A stretch of 64,000 nt of DNA. Origin: Camelus ferus. Its lineage: Eukaryota. The notes under the pieces were generated by a model. That model was not told the origin of the DNA, ran no database searches, and saw only the letters and a list, made by a program, of their open reading frames with translations. Position 1 is the first letter of the stretch, and the number at the start of each line of letters is the position of its first letter. The position numbers and the translations under genes were made by a program. Of this stretch, positions 26,514 through 37,000 are shown in pieces. The DNA is taken from contig NC_045696.1 of the NCBI RefSeq assembly GCF_009834535.1, positions 17,920,001 to 17,984,000 on the forward strand, read 5' to 3'.

Positions 26514-28272
26514 ATGGGAGGCTCTAAGTCAAAACCCGCCACTCTAGACTGCATGATTAAGAATTTCAAAAAGGGGTTCCCAGGAGACTGTGGAATTTGA
26601 ATGACCCCTGGCAGGCTCCGCACTTTGTGTGAGCTTAAATGGCTGGCCTTTGGAGTCGTGTGGCCCTCAGGAGGAACTCTGGACCTAGCAACAGTGTGAG
26701 CAGTCTATCAAATAATCAGTGGAACCCCAGGCCACCCAGATCAATTCCCTTACATTGACTCCTGGCTGAATATCGCCCATACTCTACCCCCATGGATTCG
26801 GTTCTGCCCAAATGGACCTGGACAATGTAAAATATTAGCAGCCCAGCCAGTCCAGGCCAAAAAGACAGACAGAAAAAAACCTATTTTCCAGGGAGACGCA
26901 GAAGACAGATATGCCTACCCCCTCCGTATGCCCCCGGGGCAACAACAGCCTCCCGTCTGAGGACCCAGAGGCAGAGCCCAGCCCCCAGCCTGAGCCGGTA
27001 GGAAGGAGAATCCGCTCAGCACAAGCCGGGAAGCCAGCACCACTGGCCCTCCAAATGCCGCTGCAGGAGACACAAGGGCCACAACAAGTTGGGGAAAACA
27101 GGACTGTTCAGCCTGGGAACCCCGTAATCTGCTACCAACCCTTTAGCACCACAGCCCTTCTCAGTTGGCGCCATCATACTCCTTCCTACTCTGAAAAGCC
27201 GCCCAGCAATAGCAGCAGCAGCAGCCCCTGCAGCCCTGGCACCGCCTCCACCTCGGCCGCCGCCTCCATGGCAACTGTCGGGGAACGCCAGCCCCTGCCC
27301 AGTCCCAAAGCGATGCTGGGACAGCCTTGGGCTCTTTTGCAAAGTCATACAAATATTTGGTCTCTGTCCAGCCCACGAGGATTTCTACTTGGTGGTATAT
27401 GACGACTGTAATCAGGCTGCCAAGCCGCAGGCTATGATTGACCTCGTAGAGTCTATCTTCCATTCTCACCAGCCCACCTGGGAAGATGTCTGCTTCTGAC
27501 TCTTTTCAATACGGAGGAGAGGAGAAGCATTCTCACTGAAGCATGAAAATGGCTGCAGGGCCAAGCCCCTGGGGACACAATGGATGTTGAGGGATGGGCC
27601 ATGACACATGCCCCTGACACCAGACCAGACTGGGACTTTAACACCCAAAAAGGAAGAGAAGCGCTGCATGAGTACCAGGAGGCCATCCTACAAGGGCTAA
27701 GAGCGGGAGCCAAGAAGCCAACTAACATGTCTAAAATGACCATGGTGACCCAGAGGCCAGATGGAACCCCCACTGACTTCTATGAGAGACTATGTGAAGC
27801 ATTCCGAGTCTACACTCCTTTTGATCCTGAGGCCCAAGAAAACCAGCAGATGGTCAACGCTGCCTTCGTAGCCCAATCATACCCAGATATATGCCAGAAA
27901 CTCCAAAAACTGGATGGATTCACAGGGATGAACGCTACACAGCTGCTGGAAGTAGCAAACAAAGTTTTTGTAAACCAAGAACGGGAAGCCCAATGAGAAG
28001 CAGACCAGCAAATGAAGCAGAAAGCCACTCCTTGCAGCAGCCCTGGGGAAAACAAGCTTCAGCCAGAATCCTGCACCACCCCGGAAGAGGGGACCCCAAC
28101 CATGGATGCCCCTGGGCCGAGACCAGTGCGCATACTGCCGAGAGACAGGACACTGGAAGAACGAGTGCCCAAACAGAAAGGATGGAAAGAGAGCACCCCC
28201 AAAAGGCCTACTTATCAGCTGGAGCCACCAGCCAGTAATCACATCAGACTGACTGGGGTCGACTTAGAATAG
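26514..28272 (+). pseudogene. gag: ERV gag (MA-p12-CA-NC), disrupted
   Basis: MGGSKSKPATLDCMIKNFKKGF...GHPDQFPYIDSW (HERV-E-like MA); PPPY late motif near 26918; CA YQPFS...TPSYSEKP/QAMIDLVESIFHSHQPTWED; MHR-like TQRPDGTPTDFYERLCEA; NC knuckle CAYCRETGHWKNEC from 28127. TGA stops at 26598, 26697, 27544 and 27994, plus frameshifts. The terminal TAG (28270-28272) is in frame with pro. Confidence 0.95.
27202..27427 (+). pseudogene. ATXN7: Captured fragment of cellular ataxin-7 mRNA inside gag
   Basis: CAG-rich tract (27204-27224), then PGTASTSAAASMATVGERQPLPSPKAMLGQPW, then in a shifted frame GLFCKVIQIFGLCPAHEDFYLVVYDDCNQAAKPQA. These match recalled ATXN7 GPGAASTSAAAMATVGERRPLPSPEVMLGQSW and [35 protein letters not shown]. 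Flanked by AAGCCG direct repeats. Confidence 0.9.
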
Positions 28273-28760
28273 GAGAGACTGCGCTCCCTGCTCCTGGGCC
28301 CCCGGGAGCCCAAGGTCAAGATGTTTATAGGGGGCCAACCAATGACTTTTATGGTAGACACAGGAGCAGAGTATTCTGTGGTGACCCAACCTGTAGCCTC
28401 CCTGACCCAGAAAAAGGTGACTATTATAGGGGCTACTGGGGAATCAACTGCCCGCCATTTCTGCCAACCACGATCCTGTCAAGTAGGGGGCCATCTAGTG
28501 ACACATGCCGTTATTCACTGTAAGGGACCATATTCAGTGGTATTAACTACCCCTACAGCTGTTAAAGTTGCAGGAATCATCCCTTGGATCCACCTCTCCA
28601 GGGTTAAGAGAGCGACTTCACCTCAGACAGAGGGTCCCTGGAAAATTGAGAGTGTCCAGGGAGACCCGCTCAAGATCAAGATCAAGAGGGACCAGAAAGG
28701 AATCGACAAGCCCTGCTCTAGCCACACCTGGAAGCTGGCTAGTCAACGCACGGCCGAAGC
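28273..28760 (+). pseudogene. pol: ERV pro-pol remnant: protease N-terminal part fused to an RNase H scrap and the integrase C-terminus; RT deleted
   Basis: Aspartic protease motif FMVDTGAEYSVV; AVIHCKG at 28507-28527 (RNase H motif); KGPYSVVLTTPTAVKVAGIIPWIHLSRVKRA (gamma-type IN C-terminal GPY/F region). No YxDD motif present. Confidence 0.93.
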
Positions 28761-28951
28761 TCGAGGAAAGCTCAACGCAGCTGTTAAATGTATTAATTTT
28801 GTGCTCCCTTGCCTCTTTCCTTGTTTGCTATACTAGTCTGCGTATTAGCAGTGGGGCTAGCTAGCGCCGCCCCACCTGACTGGAACATAGGCCATAGAAT
28901 CCTGATAGCTACTTTATATCTTGTTATAATTAGTGCCATCACTGCAGCATC

Positions 28952-29537
28952 ATGTCTAAGATAATCATAAGGCTGATGTTACTGACGCTAATGCCCTCAC
29001 TCTCCTTGGCTGTACAATGCACCTGCATGGAACCGGGTGACAAATGGTCCATGTACCAACCTGTATTTTCAGCTTACAGGTGAATTCAGCCACGATCTCC
29101 AACAAATAACAGAAACCCTGGGAACTCTGCAAAATCAGATTGACTCTCTGGCCGAGGTGGTCTTACAAAACAGGAGGGATCTGTACCTTACTCACGGCCA
29201 AAGAGGGGGGACTATGCCTCTCCCTAAAACGAAGAGTGCTGTTTTTATGCCAATCAATCAGAAATTGTCAGAGAGATGGTTCAAGAGTTACAAGACCGAG
29301 TAAAAAGAGAAAACATATTTTAAATAAGAGCCCATGGACCCCCTGGCTGGCACTGTTCATAGGCCCCTTACTCCTGATTTTTGCAGTTCTGCTGTTTGGG
29401 CCCTGTGTCCTAAACTTCCTGACCCACTTTGTCAGTGAGTGGATAGAGGCTATAAAACTTCAGATGTTAGCCTCTAATTATGAGCCCTCGCAACAGATAA
29501 GTGATGATGTTACTCCAACTAGAGTTGTGAAAGCATC
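28952..29537 (+). pseudogene. env: ERV env remnant: signal peptide plus TM, SU largely deleted
   Basis: MSKIIIRLMLLTLMPSLSLAVQCTC (signal-like); heptad and ISD LQNQIDSLAEVVLQNRRDLYL/LTAKEGGLCLSL..ECCFYANQS (CX6CC, frameshifted); membrane span WLALFIGPLLLIFAVLLFGPCVLNFL. Confidence 0.92.
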
Positions 29538-29549
29538 AAGAGGGGGGAA
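29538..29549 (+). promoter_or_regulatory. Polypurine tract
   Basis: AAGAGGGGGGAA immediately 5' of the 3' LTR. Confidence 0.93.
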
Positions 29550-30001
29550 TGTGAAGGAAAAACCAGGCTGGACTAACAAGATAACTCACAGGTCTAGGAA
29601 TGTGAAGGAGAGGCTGGGCTGTGCTAACAAGTCTAAGTATTGGAATACTGATCTGAGTTCTGCCGGACTAACTTGTAAATTTGGTTAATTAGCGTTGGTT
29701 TGCTGTTCATGTTTTTTTGCTAGCCAGCTGGATTTTCAAAGATACATATCTGGCTTTGGAATGTTGGTTTGCTGCCTCCCCGCCTCCACTTTTGTGATGA
29801 TGATGCTGCTAAAGCTGTTCCATGCCTATTGGCCGAACACCCCAAGCTTGTACTTTACCCTATAAAACCTCATGTGCACGTCTTGAAGGTGCTCAGAGCT
29901 TCGGAGCAGAAGCCCCTCTGAGCCCGCCGGCGTAATACATCTGAGTACTCCAACCCTCCGAGTGGTGCTTGTTTCTTGGCTGGCCTGTCGTTTCCGTAAC
30001 A
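29550..30001 (+). repeat. 3' LTR (452 bp)
   Basis: Near-identical copy of 24921-25373, preceded by the PPT and followed by the CTTC TSD. Confidence 0.97.
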
Positions 30002-31146
30002 CTTCCTTTCACTAAATGCTGTATTTACAATTCCTACTGGCTTAAGTGTTTTTTTTTTTTTTTTAACCATGCGTTTTTGGAAATAATTTATAAAACTAAG
30101 ATTTTTTTTTTTTGTTAAAGAGTTTAAATGAATTTTGAGCAAATATTTAAAAAATACAGTTTTAGGGTAATATTAAAAGACCCCATACAAGGAGCACGTT
30201 TATACCCACTCCCTGCTTCAAAATGGGCCATCAATACAGACTCCTCTCCTCCCCTAGTCTCTTCTCACACTATTCCATGGCTCTTTTCTGTTTTTTGTCA
30301 TGAATACCAGTATCATGTGCATATTCTTTATGCCCATTGTTAATTAGTAACATACTTGGCTTTATGTTGATGCTTAATAAAACATAATTGGTGAGGAGTT
30401 GAATTTTTCATGTAATATATATCTAAATATTTTGTCAAGTAAGTAAATATAAATGTATTGAATCTCTATTAATATTCAAAATGCTTTTCCAGAAGTAGTA
30501 ATTTACAGTATCAATTTTGAACTACAGACTTTCAGATTTTAGGTCCTGAATTACTCTAGTGCTTTCAAGTGGGTTGTGGGTGTTCAACAATTGTTTTAAA
30601 TGTTTCTCTTTTTCTGAAGGCCTTGTTTTAAATGCTGTAAACTTCAAAAGGATAGAAGACCTATTATCTGTAATGATTCAATTTTTTAAAAAATCATTCA
30701 TACTTTGAGTAAACTGAAATGTGCTCCCTGTGGTATTTTCCCTACACTAAGAACTAGTCATTACTGAGAAGTTTAATGTATAATAATTGCTCTTCTATCA
30801 CCTGTTTTACGAAACAAAAATTTATTATCCTTATTTTAGTTTCCCAGGTAAAGAACATTTAAATGTGAGGATATCTGCACAGAACTGAAATGCAGATAAC
30901 GAGACTGAATTCAAACAATTAAGACAACTATGAGGCCAAAGGACAACTTTTAAACTGCTTTTGGAGTTTATAAACTGAGTTCATATATTTCTTTAGGTAT
31001 AGAAATCAGATGAAGCATGAAAATCTTACTTCTCGTTATACATTACTTGTAATTATAATTTTTTCTCTTCTAAACATTTTTGCCCCAAAGGGTTATGAAA
31101 TAGTTCAGTGTTCTCGAAAGACACTGAATACTATGGATCATACCAT

Positions 31147-31779
31147 TGAGACAGGATGGAAGGGGGCAGGGCACAGCCATTCAAGGAATGATACTGCAAT
31201 TAACATCAAAACGGTGAAAGATTCAACCCCCAGTAAACCTTGAGGCTCAGGATGATGAGAGATTTAACTTCTAGTAGATCTTGAGCTTCATTATACGCTC
31301 ATTGTAATATATTAACATGGTGAATAACATCCCCACAGGCACCATGGCAGTCCCAAGGCTGGCCACAAAAGGTCAAAGAGTGGGAAATGGCCAACTTCCT
31401 GGGAATCCCAGCCCCTTCTGCAGGCTACTTAGACTGGTCCTTCCACTTATTAGCACATGAAGCCACCAAGCCCATAAAATCCAGCAACACGGTGTCTCGT
31501 GGCTGCCCCTCTCTCTCCCTCTTTGGAGATGGTCCCACGCTCTGTCTTTGGAATGTGTACCTACTTTTAATCTGAGCTCCCAACTCCAACACCTTGTGTC
31601 CTTTCTCTTGCCTTTCAATGTATCTCTCTGAAGAAATTTACCTTCACTCAACTGTGGCTCGCTCTTGAATTCTTTCCTGCATTAAGCCAAGGACTCACAC
31701 TTGGCAGGGCATGTCTCAGGGGCTCAACTGATACCTGGGTCACGGCCCTCCTCATGCCCATATCTGTTTTCCTGCATCA
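31147..31779 (+). mobile_element. ERV1-type solo LTR (633 bp)
   Basis: TGAGACAGG...CTGCATCA with a 4-bp TSD CCAT (31143-31146 / 31780-31783); U5-like GCTCGCTCTTGAATTCTTTCCTGC...GCCAAGGAC. Confidence 0.87.
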
Positions 31780-33649
31780 CCATAAACCCAGAGTAAGCAG
31801 GGAATACTTGGTTTGTAAACATAATCCTGAGGCAAAAGGAAAGTCACAGTACAAATCATAGATTCTAATATATCTTTATATATTAAAACATACTCACACA
31901 TAAACATTCAAACACACACCAGGAAGAACATTGTTTGAAACTGAATCACGAAAAAAATAAAGTAAAACTTGAATTTCCAGACTAGTCTACTTTGTACTTA
32001 ATTCACCAATAAATGATAATTTGGTATACATTTTTCATCTCTTACTATAGATTGTGTTAGTCTGAGATTTGTTTATTCTAAAGAAAATATTGCATTTGAT
32101 AGGTATTTAAAATAATACAATTACTGTCTTACTAACTGGAAGCCAACGATAAACTACATTTTCCTCAATTAGTTATTTGCTTAAATAATCAAGCTTACAG
32201 TTTTTAAGTAATTTAAAGGTGTATCTATGATTGATTAAATGAAACAGCATAGTTGTGACTCAAGTAGATACCACGTTATCAGAGTTATAAATGAAGATTA
32301 TATATTTTACAATTTGTGATAATGATAAATATTTAATATATTCTTTGCTCAGGTTATTGTGAAGTGTTGAACTAAATTTGATGCACTATATCTGTTTTGC
32401 ACACTCTTATAATTAGCATATTTCCTTCCTATTCCCTTTGTTGGAACGGTTTTCTAATCTCTATGTTTTGTGTGTTTATGTCACTTTAAATTTACTTTTG
32501 AAAATGAAATATGTATCTAATAAATTATATAAATTAAATACAGTACTGATGACTGATGAAATATGCTTTGGCTTTCAATTTCTGTTGAAAATTCCTGAAG
32601 GGATAGTGAAAACTTCTTTCCAACTATTTCTACACATACACATTCTAATTATATAGACAACAGATCCTAATTATTATATAAAGTTAACTGGTTATTTATT
32701 GGCTGTCATGGACCACTGCTTCTAACGTTTTACCTTAAGAAATAATTATCCAGATGATTAACTGAAAATGCATGTTTGTGGGGCCAAATCTCCACATGCT
32801 CTAAGTTTTAAGTTAGTTGTCACCAAAATACGAATATGTAACACATTATCTTTTTTTTTGAAGGGATCTCAGGTTCTAAGTTTTGAAAATTTTAAAATGA
32901 AAATATATAAAGATGTCTATGCTACTGAATAGCTATTTGTACATATATATATGTCTGGAGTTCAGGATCTATTTAATACAATCCAGTAGATCTCAGTGAA
33001 TAGGGTGTCCATATAATTTATTTTCCTATTCTACTCACTTTTGAAATTGAATGCAGACATTATTACTGGTTAATATAGGATGGCAGAATTAAACGTGGGT
33101 AATTCAGGAGAATTAAGCTAGTGAATGTTTTCCCTATTATAAACGTGGTCATTCATGCAGGAAGCTGGTCTTAAACATCCATTTGACTGGTGCCACACTG
33201 CAGAAGTTCCTGTCTCAGTTTAAGGAAAACTTTGCATCTCTGGCTTCACTTTATATCCACTTTAGTGGGAAATTCTGTTAGCAACACCTTCAGATAGACT
33301 CAAAATATGATCCTTATCTACTTCTGAGCTACAGTAATTTTTTTTTTCCTACATTACTGAATAGTCTGCTTGCTTCTGCTTCTCCACAGATAGTTCTCAT
33401 TAGAGAAGCAAAGGTGATTCTTTGAAAAAGTAGAATTGATCATGTCAGTTAGTCCACTTTGATACATCAAACACATTCCTTCTCTAAGCACTGCCTCCAA
33501 CGATCACTACATCTCCTTAATTCATCATCCTTTATTACTTTTTCTGCAGTCATTATTTTTATTCTTTTCCCACTGCCTTAGTTGTCTAAATGAGAACCAC
33601 AATTACTAGGTTCACTTGTGCATTATTTTTCTATATATATATTATTAAT

Positions 33650-34012
33650 TATTCTTTATCATGGTAAGAGCACTTAACATGAGAGCTACCATGATAAACA
33701 CATTTTTAAGTGTACAACACAGTATTGTCAACCACATAAAGAAAAAAGACAGGGCTCAAACAAAATCAGGAATGAAAGAGGAGACACTACAACTGAAAAT
33801 GCGGAAATAAAAAGAATCATAAGCAACTACTATGCCAACCAGCTGGAAAATCTTGATAAATTCTTAGAAACATATAACCTACTAAAGACTGAATTGTGAA
33901 TAAACAGAAAATTGAAATAGATATGTAACTGGTAAAGAGACTGAATCTGTAATCCAAACCACCTAACAAAGAAAATCCTAGGACCAAATAGCTTTACCTG
34001 CGCATTCCCAAT
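33650..34012. mobile_element. L1 pieces in opposite orientation (minus 3'-end scrap next to a plus ORF2 fragment)
   Basis: About 33650-33735 resembles an L1MA9-like 3' terminus on the minus strand. 33738-34012 is plus-strand ORF2 (AAAATCAGGAATGAAAGAGGAGACACTACAACTG...GATAAATTCTTAGAAACATATAACCTAC). Confidence 0.65.
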
Positions 34013-37000
34013 CTGTATCAAAATACTCAGTGTGAAATGAACACTAAATTAAGATGTTTAGTACAAAGAAAAGGATTATTGAATAAATACTTGGTCCAGC
34101 TTAGTCTCCCACTATCCTGCTTCCTTACCATAGCTCAACTTCCCAGATTAAAAAGTCTGCCAAAAGGTAGCAAGCTTTTCGGTACCTTTGCTTTCACTGA
34201 GTTCTTCATTTCGATCCTGTATTACGTGATCCTGTGTTACATGGTTAGAGAGATGAAATTATTATCTAAGCATTGAAGGTTGGTGAAGGCAATGATGAAA
34301 ATAGTGTTTTGAGATTATTAACTTGGTGGCATGTAAATACAACATACTGAATTCAACAATGACTAAAGATTACTTAGTCTGATACTTGCAGATAGCATTT
34401 TAGCATTTTGAAGACATTAATGTCATTAAATGCATTTTATAAATTGATTATATTGAAACTTAGCATTTCTTTTAATATTCCTTCTGAATCTAATTATAAA
34501 CTACAAAGTGTCCGATGAAAACTACAGAAGTAAATACCTGGGCAGAGTGATGCTTTTTTCCAAAATGTCTAACAATTAAATTCTACAATTATTCCAGTTA
34601 ATAAAAAGATGCTTTCCTACAATAACAAATTCTAACCTTCACCAAGAAACATAAATTTTATGTCTTCTTAATTAATATGATAAGATTTCTTAAAAAAAGA
34701 TTATGATAAGACGTGTACTGATTCAACAAAAGTCATGAATATATCTCAAATTTAGTTGTTTTAAGAATTATCTGGGAATTTTTTTTTCCAAACTCCAGAC
34801 TTCTAGACCTCAAATCCAGTGAGTCTTCAATTCATTAGCTCTGAGACAGGACACACAAATGAATAATTTAAGAAGTGTTCCTGAATTCTGATGCCGTTGA
34901 TTTACTGAATACATTTTTGGGCAATTCTATCCTAGAGTTCAGATTCAAGCCATCTCCCTAATGAAATACTAGTCTATTAAAATAGGTGAGATTTCATTTA
35001 ATTCTCCTATGCTGTCACAACACTTACTACTTTACAAGAAAATAATATCTGAGTTAAAAAAAAAACACCAACACTATGATGTATTAAACCAGAAACATGA
35101 GGTATTCTACTGACGCCTCAGATTCACATTTTAGTTTTTCTGAAATAGGGAGGGTGCTGTCTTCAGTTTGGTTAAACTTGGTATTTATTGTCCTAAATAA
35201 AATAGACTGCCTAGTAACTTAATAATTAACTGTCTTATAATGTTCATATTGCCCTTATCTCTACACAGTCAATACAGGCTTACTTCTTGAGGACACATCA
35301 TTTTATTAAGGACACTTTGTTTCCACAAGTTAAGATTCACTCATCAAAGTGTCTGAAACCAATTTTAACCAATTTTCACAATTTTGAAACAAAGTCCAAT
35401 TGTATTTATGGTTTTTCATAGTTAGTTTGAGGATATGGTGATTAAAGACACATGCAGGAAATCAGGGCAGATGCAGTAAAGAGAACTTTCAGTGGTGTAT
35501 CATCAGAGTTACATTCTGGAATGGTAACTTAATAGAGGTAGGAGTTTTAGTTCTGGTCCTGTCAGTGCCTGGGATCTCTTCATGTATTTCTTTAGCGCTC
35601 TCACTCATTTAACCAAAGAAGAAACAATACTGAATTACTGCTGGCAATGACAACCCTTTGAAGTTCAGTATTTTTTTTCTAAGTATATGAATTTTGAGTA
35701 AATACAGTGTAGTTTATTGTATTCTGTAGTGTGAGCATTAAATGAAATAAAGCTTATGAAAGTACTTCAAAATCCATTGAGTCTTTCAGCAATACTTCAC
35801 ATAATTGAAGCCAAATTTTAGGTTCAAAATGAAGGTAGCATTTAAAAATATATAAAGGCACTCTACTATTCTTAACATGTTAGGCAATATACACTAATAT
35901 AAGTGAAACAGCAAAATGATCCACAGAAGTTCACTACCCAGAGGTAGCCATGTTTACTCCTGGGAAACACCCTTCCAAACAACTCTCATTCCAGCTTTGG
36001 AAGGAAATACTAGAATTTACAATTTTAACCAACTTTTCTTAAAAGTAAGCATCACTTCATTCAGAGTTGACACTGTCATACTCAGTGTATGTTAGATGAT
36101 CAGATATTTTAGATCTTAAAGAGCTATCCTAGAGAAGAGATGGGACAACCACAATCAGGAGAGCTAGAGAGCCTCTCCCTCAGATGCTTGTTTTCTGATA
36201 TTGCAATTCACGGCAGTTTTTGTGCTGCAGGTCGACGTAGATGTTGTCATTTTGATTTTTTTAAAAGACGTTTAAATAGCAGACTATTTAAACTGCAGTG
36301 TGAAAATATGGAGAAGGAGATTTAAATGAACGCATATCACACAGAAATTTACTAGTTGTACCACTGAAAAGAAATTGTAAAACTTGGAAAGTTGGCCTCA
36401 GGTCTCCACATTTAAAATATGGAAAGAAGTAAATTCTAATCTGATAAATGAAATTTATTAAATAAGAATTTGGATAAGAGTTTTTTCCTCAAAAATGTCT
36501 AACCGGCATTGGAAAAGATGGAAATTTAATAGCTTATATTTAAAAACATTTTGTAAAGCAGGTGATTGGGACTGAAAAATGAATGAGAACATTCTTAGCA
36601 AGCCCAGTCAAAAAGACTTTTGTTCCATTTACATATAGTTTTACTTGGGAGGTTTTTTCATTGTAATTTTTTTAGAGAACAAATTTTGAAATAACCTGAA
36701 ATAAGAACCACCTCTTGAAATCATGAAATCAATATTTCATCATTTTACACTAAAAATTTTAAAGATGAATGTGAAAAACTAATCACAATTCATTAAATTT
36801 TATTTATAAATATTAAATATTTAAATAATTTCTTTTATCTTTATCTCATTATTTTAAAACTTTGATAATTGTATCTTTTTACTGTTAAAATAGTAATAGG
36901 AACCTACATGTAAAAATATACAAGTAAATAAACATATATTTACTTGTAGTACAATTCAGTATTTTTTCATTGATAGTGATGTTTGATCTGAATCATCTGG

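Larger units (their letters stand above)
24921..30001 (+). mobile_element. Class I (gammaretrovirus-like, ERV1) provirus, internally deleted, both LTRs present
   Basis: Direct-repeat LTRs TG...CA at 24921-25373 and 29550-30001; 4-bp TSD CTTC (24917-24920 / 30002-30005); PBS, PPT and gag/pro/IN/env remnants in the correct order. Confidence 0.97.

Noticed and set aside
27202..27427. A genuine ATXN7 exon or L1-made processed pseudogene
   Set aside because: No splice sites, poly-A or long TSD; internally deleted and embedded in gag at microhomologies.
27016..27469. Minus-strand ORFs with Gly/Ala or Cys runs
   Set aside because: Antisense readings of the GC-rich, CAG-containing ATXN7 insert and gag; no independent support.
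29550..29688. env frame running into the 3' LTR as an extended cytoplasmic tail
   Set aside because: env is frameshifted and lacks SU, so the extension is more simply explained by a lost stop or an indel.
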